Source: Lama glama (Eukaryota). Taken from it: a DNA stretch of 64,000 nt. The position numbers and the translations under genes were made by a program. The stretch is taken from the NCBI GenBank assembly GCA_028534125.1, contig CM052817.1, forward strand, positions 87,422,001-87,486,000, written 5' to 3'. Positions 1-12,634 of the stretch are shown here, piece after piece. Position 1 is the first letter of the stretch. The number at the start of each line of letters is the position of its first letter. The notes below the pieces were generated by a model. That model worked only from the letters and a program-made list of their open reading frames with translations, was not told the DNA's origin and ran no database searches.

Positions 1-810
1 GTCTCTGGGGTTTTTAATGAGAAATCTACTGTCAATCCAATTGTTTTCCCCTAAAGCTATGGTCATTTTTCTCTTGCTGCTTTCAAGATTTTTCCTTTGT
101 CTTTAGTTGTCAGAAGTGTCATTATGATGTGTCTGGAAGGGAATTTCTTTGGGTTTATTCTGTTTGAGCTTTTCTCAGTTTCTTTAATCTTTAGGTCTGG
201 GTCTTTTGCCAATTTTTCAGTCTTTTTTTTTTTTTTTTTTTTTTTGAGCTCTTTTTCAGTCTACCCTCTCTTCCTCTTGTCCTTCTGGGACTATGATGAC
301 ACAAATGTTAGGTCTTTTGTTAGAGTTCTACAGGTCTCTGAGGCCATGTTCTTTCTTTTTATTTTTTTAGTCTATTTTCTCTTTATTGTTCACACTGGGT
401 AATTCCTGCTGTTCCATGTACCAGTTCACTGATTTTTTTCCTCTGGCTTTCCCATTCTGTTGCTGAACCTGTGGACTGAAATTTGGATTTTTTGTTTGGT
501 TGGTTGGGGGTTTTTTGTTGTTGTTGTTGTTGTTGTTGTTGTATTTTCCAGTTTTAAAACTTGCATTTGGCTCTTCTATTTCATTGATATGCTTTCTTTT
601 TCTTCACTGTGACCTTCCATTTTTCATTTGTTTCAGTCATGTTTGTAATTGCTCACTGTAGCACTTTTATAATAACTTCTTCAAAATCTTCGTAAGACAA
701 TTCTATTATGTTGTGTTATGTTATGTTATGTCTGTCCTCTTAAGTTTAAATCTATTGATTGGCTTTCTTCATTTAGTTTTAGATTACCTTGGTTCTTGTA
801 TGATTTGTAA
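1..810 (-). mobile_element. Old L1 (L1M/L1MC-like) ORF1-region fragment
   Basis: Resembles antisense L1M ORF1 consensus ('atgagaaatctactgtc...gctgctttcaagattttt...ccttctgggact'). Contains poly-T, (TTG)n and (TTATG)n expansions. Confidence 0.75.
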
Positions 811-1150
811 TTTTTTATTGAGGTATAACTGACATATAATATTAGTTTCAGCTGTACTACATAATGATTTGTAGTGTATATATTGCAAAATGTTCACCAC
901 AGTAAGCTAGTTAACATCCATCACCATGTATAGTTATAGAATTTTTTTCTTATGATAAGAACTTTAAAGATCTACTCTCTTAGCAACTTTTCACTATGCA
1001 ATACAGTATTATTAACAATAGTCACCATGTTACACATTAGATCCTCATGACTTACTTTTTTCATAACTGCAAGTTTATACCTTTTGACCCCCTTCACCCA
1101 TTCTGCCCAACTCACCCCTGCCTCTGGCAACAACCAATCTATTCCCTGTT
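811..1150 (-). mobile_element. L1 3' UTR fragment (L1MA9-like/laurasiatherian), nested in the older L1
   Basis: 'ttttttattgaggtataactgacatataat...aagatctactctcttagcaacttt...cctctggcaacaaccaatct' is a typical antisense L1 3' end. Confidence 0.85.
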
Positions 1151-1159
1151 AATAGGACA

Positions 1160-1565
1160 TTTTTTTAATTGAAATTTGGATATTAAGTTACTGTACGCTG
1201 GGTCTTATTTAAACCTTTGTTTTAGCTGGTATCCTCTGAACTGCTCTTGTAGTAAAAGCCCAAATTCCTCATTTCACCTCCGTGGTCACCAGGGATGAGG
1301 ATCCTCATTATTGCCAGATAGGAGTGGCCATATTGGCTCTCAGCCAGACCTTCAATGTGCTTCTTTGACTGGAAGGGACAGGAATACCTCACTATTGCCC
1401 CCCAACCCCCATGTGGCCTCCAGTGATACCACAGGGTAGGGGTTTAATAATCTCTTAACCCCCTGGGCTCTGGTGCAAATCCTTATTATTCAATCAAGAC
1501 AAATCTGGCACTACTCTAGCAGAGGGCACAGGATGCCTCCCAACTGCACACTGGGGTGGATGAAG
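1160..1565 (-). mobile_element. Continuation of the old L1M (5' UTR-side region)
   Basis: 'ttgaaatttggatatt...gggtcttatttaaacc...ttttagctgg' resumes the element interrupted at ~810. Repeated 'cctcattattgcc/cctcactattgcc' motifs resemble L1MC/MD 5' regions. Confidence 0.6.
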
Positions 1566-4500
1566 TAGATCTCTGTTTATTTTAGTCTTTGAACAAGCCT
1601 GATTTCTAGCCTTCACATTATTAACCTACTTTATGTTGAATAAGCCTCTCCAGCTCTTCCTTTTCAGTTCAGAGATGATCTAAATACTTAGAGCCTGATG
1701 ATTCTAGACTGTATTTTATCAGTTCTAATATGTCACTGATTGTGAGATCAATTGTAGCTATAACTAAATGGAAGTAAGGTATATATCAAACTCATGCTAC
1801 ATCCCAATTCCAGCAATACTATGACTGGGGGAGGGGTTGTCTTACTTAGGATAAAGAAAAAGAAATACATGATTTGCCTTTTCAAGTTTTCAATTTCTGG
1901 CACTCAGTGTGGGCATTTTTACAATCAGCAAGCGAATGAAGAAGCATCAATGTAGAGCAACAGGTATACTTGTGAGGTACAAGTGTACCATCATTAAAAC
2001 TACAATTCCAAAGAATATTCAACAACACATTGCAAAGCTAACATTTTAACGCTGAATAAAATCATAAAACAAAACCAATTGAAAAGCTAAATATGTTACC
2101 GTATGCCCTCACTTCTTATAAATGCCCTGCTTGATTTTTTTCACAATTTTCTGCATCTTACATATGGGCAATATCTTTGTAATCATATACTAGAAAATGG
2201 TTAATTTTGAATATAGCAGAAGATACAAATAATATCTCATTTATATTATCCATAGTCACAATGAGCGCTGATAAATTTGAAAGTCATGTATTCAACTAAA
2301 TAGCTCATCTTATAAAACAGTATGAAGTATCCAGCCCAGAGTTTTGGATGTGTTTGGAGTTCTTGCAGCCCTGGCTCACCAGTGAGTCATGGTGAATCCA
2401 TTTGACTAGAGTCAGCCAGGTAATCTCTCTTTACAAAGATTTTGAATTTTGAACATGATGAAGCAGAGTGGAATAAAACACAATTTTTTCATACAAGCCC
2501 CAGTACCTTAAAATTAATTTTTTTGTTTTTTATTTAATCCTTTTTTTTTCCTATCTTTAATTGTGACAACTGATTCTGTAACCATCCAGGTAGTTTTTGA
2601 AGAGTTCTGTATTTTTTCTCATTCTTAATCAGATTTGGTTACTGTTATTTACTACCAAAAAACAAACAACCCCTACTCCAAATCCCAAGTAATATTTGCA
2701 GAAACTTAGGCAAAATTATAAGTTGTTAAAAAATACGTAACTGTACCACAATTTAGCAAATGGTGACTTCTCCTGGTGATATCAAGGGAAATTTTAAAAT
2801 TTTTCTTATTTTTGTCTGGCATTAACAAAATAAGTCAATTTTTGATATCATTTTTATAATCAATAAAGACATTTTAAGAGTACACAATGCAGAATATAGA
2901 GCAATAGGAATTGGAGAACCAAGGCAAGTCAAAGAGAGGACTTGCTCACTAGGTATCACAGCTCCCTACACAGGCGTTTGTTTACGGAACCATGAGTAAC
3001 AAAGTAGACATGGACACATTACATAATGGCTGTACACTGAGTACCTTATGTAAGCTTTTGCTGAGATGGTTTGTAGTTAATTTCTTACTTCAAGAAATCA
3101 TTATTTTCCTACAAAGAAAATTAAATAAGGAAAACTACATACACAAATATTATTCAATTCCTGTTTTTTCCTTCATTCCTCTCTCTTTTTTCCCTCTAAT
3201 GATAAAATCATTGAATTGATTTTGATGGTAATTGTATCAAGATCCCCAATCTTGGTTCCATCATGTCTTCTTTTGAAACTCATGACATTTCTGTCTCTGC
3301 AGTTGTATGACTTAACCCGATGCTGATATGACCAACATCATCACACCATACCTACAGTCCAAATTTGTCTGGGTCACTTTTGTGTAAAAAATGCCCATGA
3401 GAGAAAGGATAAAAGATCTGTCTGAGTTCAAGTAGGGCTTTGGTATTTTAATGAAGAAGAATGCATTTGGAAGTAATTTCCTATCTGATGTTGAACTATT
3501 TGGAGGATGGATTTAAGGATGTTTCAATACATTTTGTACATAATCAATTACATTTATAAAACCATAAGTAACTAAATGAGCTATTCACAAATAGGCTATA
3601 TATACTTTTGGTACTATGTATTAGGGTAGAATTGAATTTTGAGTATGGATTCAAATACGCAGAATATATAATTTTTTATTATCCATTATCTCAGTAAACT
3701 CTGATGAAAATTTTAAAATCACTACCATCTACAGCTAAATAATTATTCTTTTTAATTCACATTTCTCCTGCTGTAAATTGGTGATCAAACTAAAATATCT
3801 GAGAAGCAGACAAATTAAAAAAAATTTTTTTAGTAATATTTACACTTCACACCAGAATGATCACTTTTTTATACTTTATTTGAAAATAAATAAATTATGT
3901 TGTAAATTTAACTGAACTTTAAACTCACGATTTTAATGCAAAAAATAAAACATAATAGAGAAAAATATATTTTCTTTAGCAAACTGCCTCTTTAGGTAAC
4001 CCAGTTTTTCATATGATACTATTTCAGTGCTACTGTATGTCCATATGGTAGAAACTACAAAATGAATGGACGAAGAATATTATTTTCTTGACGGGCAAAG
4101 TACTGTGCATACAAATACTACACCAGTCTTACAGTAATTGTGTTTTCTCTTAAAAGCTCATTGATCATACAGGTAGCAATGGTTTTGATTAAAGCACTTG
4201 ATTAATTACAATTGAATTATTTGTTATTTCTGTACGTTGCAGAAATAGCCTCAGTTTATAGGGAATATGTTACAATATTTCATATTTCTCATATTTAATC
4301 TCAATAGTTGTAAACTTGGCTGTTGATAAGCAGCTACAGTAAATTATATTAAGAGTGATTTCTAATAAAAACATTCTTAAAGATGACTAATCACCCAAAA
4401 AGGCAAATTTATTTGAACTCTAATTAATGAAACTACATAAAGTACTAAAATATGCAACATCCCACTTCTCCTCTTAAAATAGTTCTAAATCAGATGGGAA

Positions 4501-4984
4501 ATTACTTTAAAATGCATTCTCTTCTATTAAAATAATTTCAGCATCTAATTAGAGCAGATATCTTTTGTAAGACATGCTCTCCTTCATTATGATATAAATA
4601 ATTGTTTTAACTCTTAAGTTTCCAAGCGAATTATAAATAGCTTACAGTATGTTAATTTTTTAACATTATCCTTTGGCTATGGAGGAAACCGTTGCAGATA
4701 AATAATATCTTTAAGAAAGATCATGGTATTTTTAGACAGGTGTACAAGGAAGCATGGGCTTAGGGTTAAGACACTTGAAAGCTACTTAAATTAGTTATAG
4801 GTCTTGTTGCTCATGTAGAAAGTGAGTATTAGGACGTGGCAAACCTACTTCACAAGATTATCCAGATAAGATACTAAATGTATGCAGGTACTTTATAAAA
4901 TATAAATGGTTTATATAAGAGAAACCGTGACTACAGGCACACTTGTAGAGAGTACACACACACACAGGATCTACATGGGTGTGT

Positions 4985-5056
4985 GTATATATACTCATGT
5001 ACACAAATACTGAAGCTACAGTATATATACTCATGTACACAAATACTGAAGCTACA
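4985..5056. repeat. Perfect 36-bp tandem duplication
   Basis: gtatatatactcatgtacacaaatactgaagctaca occurs at 4985-5020 and 5021-5056. Confidence 0.97.
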
Positions 5057-7129
5057 GAGACATAAGCCTCCGTTTTGCACATACAGTGACTGTGTCCATG
5101 TGAATAAAACTATGTCATTTTTATGTTAAATTCATACTATTTTCTGTGTTATACGTGCAAAGTAATTAGACACAGCAACTGAATAATCAGCTAATTTAAT
5201 CACAGCCTATGCCAGTTTTTAATCTTTTTTCCCAACTGAAGTTCTGAAGCTCCCATGTCAACTTTGATCCAACAGAAACATAAAAGAATGATAATGAACT
5301 GCTTTGAGCACAGTTTAGTTTTCAAAAAGGAAATCAAAAGTGAATGTGGTCATCATATAGTAAAACTGGCCAGGATTTAAAAACAAGCACACTTTTTAGC
5401 CCTAGTCTAACATTAGATTGGCTTAAAATAAATGATGCATAATTGGTGGAAAGTACTCTGAATTTTGTTTGTTGGTTTTCTAATGAGGGCAAAAGTCTAA
5501 AGCTGCTTTTTTGAGAGGGGATCTTTGCCCTGTCAGGAGAAAGCCATTTAAAATCCTGAGACCACTCAGCCTCACACTACAGTGGAAAGTTAATTGGATA
5601 ACATTTGTGTTTAATAAAGAATTGCCAATTTTGATAGAAGCTGTTCTGACAGTTTCTGCCACTTCTGTCACAGATTTCCCTGAATGAATAAAGGAGTATT
5701 GTCACATCTGTTTGTCAGGTAGAGAAGAAAGAGAACCACAGTAAACCACAGTATGAACACGAAACAGGTGAGCTTCCCAAAGGCATGAGTTAGAAGGGAA
5801 AGGAGGCCACGAGAGAGGACACTGCATAGACAGTCCTGGGCAACATAACATCAAATCAATGAAAGAAATGATATCACTGTGTTTCTGAGATCAATTCACT
5901 CTTGGAATCTATGCTTAGTCCCTCAGAGTCAGCATCATTTACAGAATGTAAACCTTGGACACGGAGAAGTCCCATCACAATGAAAGCTCCTTATCAAAAT
6001 CACACGTCTGATTTTATTTTATTTTTTTCAATATTCAAGTTCCAGAGCTAGCAGTGTTTTTCTTTTCACTATAACATTTCTTGCCACTATGGCAAAATTA
6101 AAAATTTCTCCTGATAGCTTAATCATCTGCATCAAAACAAACACTTCTCAGTTTCTAAAACATGGCTGTCATCTCAAAAAAGACTTGTGAATAGATTACC
6201 AAAACACTGGCATCTGAGCATGTGGTAAATCTCCAAAAGCTCTGTACATTTTGTTTCTAGTATACATTAAAAATCATGCTAGAAGTAATAACTAATTTTT
6301 CTGCACAGCAAAACCCTTGTCTCAGGCACATATGAACCATATTTTCATAATTTGTACTTTGATTTAGAAGAATACTGTATGGATAGAGGACATACATTTG
6401 GAGATTTTGTGTTGGTGTCTGTATCTTCAGTACCGATGACAACTCTATGTAATTAATGTCCATCCTTCACTGATTTGAATAAAGTGTTTTACGTTTGTAA
6501 CATTAGGAGAAAATCTAATTATGCAGAGTGAATTAGATGGAGAGCTATTAATATCATGATTTTGCCTATCTTAGCTCAGTATTTAAGGAACTTAATTTCA
6601 CTGCTAACCCATTTCTGAATTTTTTACTAGTGGTCATATGCACACTGAGGCATACTTTTTTCTCCTCTAGCAATATTGGATAGCGAGGCAGCTGTTTAGC
6701 AAAACAGACAAGAACAAGAAAATTGCCTCAATTTTCCACAGGACCTCAGCTCTAGAGATATTACCCATGGGTGTAAAATGAGGAGAGCTTTAAAACTCTT
6801 ATTAGGCAGCTACTTCCCTGCCTTTCAAAGGTTCCTTTGCACTTTTACATTTGAGGAAAATGGGTGGAATTTTTTTTTTCATTCCTACTCAATTCATGTT
6901 AGTCTACTTTCCTACAACTGCTTTACTTTTAACCTACCATCTCTTTTTACAGTAGTCTTGACAACACATTTGCTGTGTTGTGTGTAAGTCTAGGCAATCA
7001 CTCACCCTTGATGATGCTTCTACAGCAGTGATGAACTCATGGGTGGGCTGATGTGAGCAAAGATGTAATTCCCATGAATGTACCATCACTCAATTATATA
7101 TATTTTATATATGTATACACATATATAAA

Positions 7130-7435
7130 AAGATCTTCAAACTCACTAGTAATCTAAAGAATGCACACTAAAGTGACAATGAGATACAATTTTACAACTA
7201 TTAGAAGGAAAAACATGTCAGACTAGATGGCAATGGTGAGCACTGGGACCTGCTGTTGGAAGTGTAAATGAACACAATCCTGTAGTGGAGAGAGTAGGTG
7301 TTGCCTTATGGTTGAACATGGGAATAGCCTAGGATCCAGTTCCACTGTTAAGTGTAGATGCTAGAGAAACTCTTAAATATGTGCATTCACAATAATGCTT
7401 AAACATGTTCGTAACAATCTTTAAAAAATTATTAG
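7130..7435 (+). mobile_element. L1ME-type ORF2 3' end fragment (piece 1)
   Basis: 'ctcactagtaatc...aatgagatacaatttta...tgctgttggaagtgtaaatg...tagagaaactctt' is a degenerate L1 ORF2 end. Confidence 0.7.
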
Positions 7436-7439
7436 GAAT

Positions 7440-8076
7440 CTTGTTGTCTTCACAGAGAGAATTAAATATAAAAAAATTGTTAACTAGGTGTAATTTTTTA
7501 AAGTAGGTATCAGAAAAGGCAGAAAGAGAACAGGAAGCTTTCATATGGGTACAACTGTAGGGAGCAACTAATAACCTAGGATTAAGGGGAACAATGAAAA
7601 AGATTGGAAGTATTGAGACTCAAAAGCTTAGGGAGAAAGCCCTGCAGAGCTGAAACAGAGCTGAGGCCTCTGAGAAGAGAGCGGTGGGCTTGGCTCTAGA
7701 CCCCTGAGTCAAAGGCACCAGTTACCTGGTGCTGGTGTCTCTCTGAGGGAAAACAAGGAAGTTTGGTGAATTTTTGTAAAATTAGCAAGCTGATCTAGCT
7801 ATTGCTATAGGAAGGAACTGCTATTGCTAAATTTTTTCTAGGATGATTCTCAAGGAAGCAGACAGAAGCAACAGGAAGCAAATAAGAAAACGTAAGACTA
7901 TTCTTCCTCCTCCAGCCTTGTCGTGTCCCCAGAATGCCCCCCGCCCCATTCATGGAACCTAACCGGAAGTAAGCTAACAACATAGAAATGTGATTTTCAG
8001 AAGCTCCAGAATCACATAGTAGGGTGTAGAGTTATACGTTTGGAGTTGAAGATCGACAACCTAATAACTGCCAGAA
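7440..8076. mobile_element. Ancient LTR, probably ERVL class (family uncertain)
   Basis: 'acagagagaattaaatata...ttgttaactagg...ggcctctgagaag...ctggtgctggtgtctctctgagg...tttggagttgaag...cctaataactg' resembles old eutherian LTR consensus and interrupts the L1ME. Confidence 0.55.
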
Positions 8077-8147
8077 CTGGAGAGAACCTAAATGTCTACC
8101 ACTGAGATAACTAAATTACAGTATGTTAATGAGGTAATATACTATAC
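8077..8147 (+). mobile_element. L1ME fragment (piece 2)
   Basis: 'actggagagaacctaaatgtctacc...aaattacagtat...aatatactatac' corresponds to the L1 ORF2 WKQPKCP-encoding and downstream segment. Confidence 0.6.
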
Positions 8148-8612
8148 TTCGGAATTAGTTAACTGTTGTACAAAACCACTATCTACAAAACAACATTGGA
8201 ATGCAAGAAAAAGCATTTATTTCTCGCAGGTCAGCAGGACGGATCTTTATCTGCGGGTGGCCTGAGAGTTGGCTGACCTCGGCTGGGCTTGACTGTGGTG
8301 GGTAACCCTCTCTCAGGGTTCAAGTCTAGATTTTCTGGTCTGGTTTGGAGTGCGACTGCAGGAGGAGTAGCACTATTAGTGATGGCAGAAGTACATGAGG
8401 ACAAGCTGGAAGATGCAAAGTACTTTTAAGACTTGGAACTGGAACTGGCGCTTTCACTTCTGCCACAACAAATTTGCCCTAGCAAATCACATAACCAAGC
8501 TCCAAGTCATGGGGCCAGGAAGAACACCCCACCATGTCCTCCACCCCGAGGCAGTGCCAAGATTGTAAGTGTGACAGCTAAAGAATTGTGGCTAATAGTT
8601 CAATTTACCATA
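8148..8612 (-). mobile_element. MaLR LTR (MLT1F/G/H-like)
   Basis: 'aagcatttatttctc...ttggctgacctcggctgggcttg...gcaaatcacataaccaagc...aagaattgtggctaatagttcaatttaccata' matches MLT1 hallmarks. Confidence 0.75.
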
Positions 8613-9540
8613 GGCTTCCCTCTTAGCCACAATTACCCATAACCGTCCCACATGCAAAATGCAGTCACCCTCATTTTAGGACCTTGTAAGCCTCACCTAA
8701 TCCTGACACCAAGATCTCATTAAATACATTAGCCCCTCAGGTCTGAGTGAAGTTTCTGGATCCAGAGACCTGTGAATTAAAAAGTTATCTGCTCTGTGCA
8801 CAACCAGTCTTCAGTCGTCAAACAATGACAAGGAAAATCACAATAAGCAATGTAATTTAAAAAAAATGTAGAATGAGATGCATGGGATAATCTTTAGTCC
8901 ATAGAAATTCTGAATTCCACTGGGAAATCTCTCTGAGTACCCTTAGAGTAGGAAAAGTACCTTGTTTAGCCTTCCATTCTGCAAACTGGGAGTGGCTTCA
9001 ACCACTTTTCTCCCATGCTCTGGTCTTTGCTCTTTGGGAGTTTCTTCCTTTTTTCCTTTTATTTTCCTTTGCCATTTCTTAAGAAGACTTTGAAATATAT
9101 GCTTTTTGCCCACTCTGCTCTCTGCCTGTAGAAAGTTGAAGGCTCAGATGTCCTCTCACATAACTTAGTACCTCAGTCCTGTTTAGTTCAGGTGTCAATG
9201 CTTGCACCAATGCGGATTTCTCTAAAAAACATTTTGGGCTTTCTAGATATTTGGTTCTAATCAAGTTAGTGTGCCAAAAGTCATATGCACAATTCTTGTT
9301 AAGATGTGCCTCTCTCTGGAGTCAAGTAGAAATTCTTGGAACACATTAGGATTCTGTATGTCTATGCTCTCAATTTCTCTTGAAGTCTATTTTCATTTGA
9401 AATGATAACAAGTTGTCACCAGATTTTTTTTTAAGTTTTTAAGAAAAAATTGTGATGGTTTTGGCTTTGACTAGTTCTGCAAGTCCAGTGCCACCTATTT
9501 TAAATTTTTTTCCAGTTCAAAGCCACAACATATCAACATG
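8613..9540 (-). mobile_element. MLT1 internal (MaLR-int) remnant
   Basis: Directly abuts the LTR. 'tcccacatgcaaaat...tccagagacctgtgaattaaaa...gtccatagaaattctgaattccactggg' resembles MLT1-int. Confidence 0.6.
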
Positions 9541-9649
9541 CCCACAATCAATGCATAGGGGAGTGTACTTGTTCATGAAGAAGCCTTAGCAGGAGTGTGT
9601 ATACAGGAAGGATTAAAGAACAGGGGCCAGTCATTAAACAGAGTATCAG

Positions 9650-10095
9650 TGAAAGGACATCTACCAGGGCTACACACATTGACGTGGTTGCATTACAACA
9701 TTTAGTGGTAAGTGAAAGAAGCAAATCACAGAAGAATATACACCATAAGCTTACTTTTAAATAAAATTAAAAACATGGAAAATTAAACAATGTATACTCT
9801 AAGGAAACATACATAGTTGATAGAAATATTTGAAAAGAATATCGAGGAATTGTTCATCAGTTTAAGGACAGGTTTTACCTCAAGGTGGTAGAGAGGGAAT
9901 GAGACAAGGGCAGAAAGCATAGGGGAGTCTACAATACTGGTAATGTTTGGTTTTGGGGTGAGGAGAGATGATTCACGTGTGAGATCTGATTTATTATTAC
10001 TTTTGTTTAATCTGTTTCCTTAAATTATAACATTTTTGTGTGTAGTTATTATACTACATATATATTTTATGACATACATGTTATAAAAATGAAGT
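9650..10095 (+). mobile_element. L1ME 3' UTR fragment (piece 3)
   Basis: 'taagtgaaagaagcaaatcacagaagaatatac...aaattaaacaat...ggttttacctc...tactggtaatgtt' resembles an L1ME3-type 3' UTR. Confidence 0.7.
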
Positions 10096-10582
10096 TTTAA
10101 TTGACTTAGCTTTGAGAACACAATAATCAAGGAAGCATGTAGTAAGGGAGGTGGTTAATCTTGTTGCTCCGCAGAGTAGAGAATGAGAACAGGGTTTGGA
10201 TAGAATGCAAAAAAAGGCCAAAAACTGGGCCAAATTGTGTCCAACTCAAAACTTCCCTGCCCATTCTTTTTTTCTATGCTCAACAATGCAAACTGGGGTA
10301 ATTATTGTTCTCATGACAAGCACAAACATTAAGATTAGTACCAGTGTAATACTACAAGTGATATCAATAAGAAAAGCAAAAAAAAAAAAAAAAAAAGAAG
10401 AAGAAGCAAAAGAAAGACTGATTGGCCGAGTCAGTGATAGAGAAAGAAAGATAATCAGGCTTATGGAACATCATGAAAAATTAAATCCAAAAGTTCACAA
10501 ATTTCTTTCAGTCTACTTGTGATACATTATCCAAAGCTAAGCAGTACTTTGATAATACTTTGGGACAATTGAAAGAAAGATT

Positions 10583-10740
10583 TATATTCAATATCTTATA
10601 ATAACCTTTAATGAAAAAGAATATGAAAAGGAATATGTGTATATATACATGCATGATTGGGACATTGTGCTGTACACCAGAAACTGGCACATTGTAACTG
10701 ACTATACTTCAATTAAAAAAAAAAGAAAAAAGAAAAAGAA
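10583..10740 (+). mobile_element. Young 5'-truncated L1 3' end with A-rich tail
   Basis: 'tatattcaatatctt...aatgaaaaagaatatgaaaagg...tgctgtacaccagaaact...gactatacttcaattaaaaaaaaaa'. The same terminus is seen at 44953 and, reversed, at ~48185. Confidence 0.9.
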
Positions 10741-12052
10741 TACTGCCTGCACTCCAAAGTTCCCTAATTAAAAAAAAAAAAAAAAAAGAGAGGGATGGGC
10801 TTTGAAAGACAATTTTTTAAAGTTGCCTCATAATGAATAGAAAGAATCACAATAACTGAAAGTAGTATGCCCACCTGATGCTCATCATAATTCATTATAA
10901 TTCAAAAATGCACTGGTGTTAAATTTTCAAGTATTAATCAAAGAGCCAATTCATGGATTTGGAAGGTATTTAAGATCAAACACCTTAGACTCTAAAGCTT
11001 TATTGCAATTACTAACAAATCTCTGTTATATATTTTAAACATGTTATGAATATATACATACATTTTACATATATTTACTTTTATGCAGATACAATATGTG
11101 GTTTCTCTAATAAATTTAAATTATGAAATTAAGTCCCAATTTCACGCAAAATGACAGGGAACAATTACCTTTTGTAAAAGGCAATCAAATTCAAGGATAT
11201 CAAGAGGATGCCTTTTGCCTTGCAAAGCACCAGCAAAAGCTCATCAAAGGAATTGCTGCCGTTTCTGGCACGCATATTTGATTAACATGCCTTAGCATTG
11301 GTATTATGCCTGCATTTTTAGGCACAAAGGTTTAATTATTAACACCCTATTCAAAATGACTCTGTTAAAATAAATGTGACCATTTACACTCCCTTTTTAT
11401 TTTCAAGAGTCTTGCAAAAAAACAAAAACAAAACCCTGTTGTCTCTGTGTTTCCCTTTCACCCCTTGTTATTGGCTGTATCTTGCAATCAGCTAAAGAAG
11501 TGTCAATAACTAGCTCTTAATCAGCCTTTTGGTGTCTTATCCATTAAATTAAATTAATTTACATCTTTACCCACTCATCTTTGAAGTCCTGTTGAATCAA
11601 ATGGCCTTATTAAAAAAAAAATCATGTGGGATTTCACTGTTCAAAACACAAGGGTTTTTCTCATTAACAGAAAGCTTGAAAAACAAAGTTAAATTAATAT
11701 TGTCAAGAAACTCTTTCTTTGATCCTATTATTAGAAATAAAGACACATTTATGAATACTTTTTGGAATCAAATTTTCATAACTGAAGGAAACTATTTTAA
11801 GCATGTAATCTTAATAAGTATAGTTCATATAATCAATTTCTTCTCTCTTAAAAAAGTTATATTTTGGCGGACAAGTATTGAAGTAATCACTGAGAAGGAA
11901 ATGCATGGACCACTGTGACAAGAAAGAAAAGCAGGAGAGAGCATCCTGGAGGTCAGTGTTCACCTGTGTTTCTCCTCCTCCTTTGATGCTGCTTTTTTCT
12001 TCTTCTTCCCTTCTCTCTTCCTCCCTTCTCTCCCACTTTAGTCAAAACCAAC

Positions 12053-12426
12053 TTATTAATTGGCTTAATTTCAATACTGTTGTTTCTCAGGGACAGAGGG
12101 AGAGAGATGAGGGTACGCCCAGTCAGTGGAGCAGCCAGAACATACTCTTACATGGCTGCAGTTTGTGGAACCCCAAAACAATTAATATAGTGCCGTTAAA
12201 GATTACTGATCACAGATCACCACACCAAACGAGATAATAACAAAAATGTTTGAAATATTGTGAAAATTACCAAAATGTGGTGGAGACATGAAATGAGAAA
12301 ATGCTATTGGAAAGATGGTTCCAACAGACTTGCTCAACACAGGGTTGACACAAATGTTCACTTTGTGAAAGATACAGTATCTGCAAATCACAATAAAGTA
12401 AAATGTAAAAAAGTGAGGGCTATCTG
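12053..12426 (-). mobile_element. Tigger1 DNA transposon (TcMar-Tigger) terminal fragment
   Basis: 'ccccaaaacaatta...actgatcacagatcacca...gacttgctcaacacagggttg...cagtatctgcaaatcacaataaag' matches the reverse complement of the Tigger1 left end. Confidence 0.88.
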
Positions 12427-12634
12427 CACTCTGCATTGTGGAATATTCAACTAGTCACACTTAAGAGGTGTATATACGCTAAAAATAGTCTAACTAGTCA
12501 AGGAACTTAAAGTACCAAGCCACTTGACTAGTAGATATAATCATTTGATGACCTGTCAGGATAATTCTTTTTCACACTCGTGTACATACATAAACACATT
12601 TAAACATTTTCATGAAAGTTCATTAGGCTTCATG

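Noticed and set aside
4985..5056. CRISPR-like repeat (36-bp unit; likewise the 33-bp heads at 27218 and 27352)
   Set aside because: Only two copies, no unique spacer array, no cas genes and a mammalian context.
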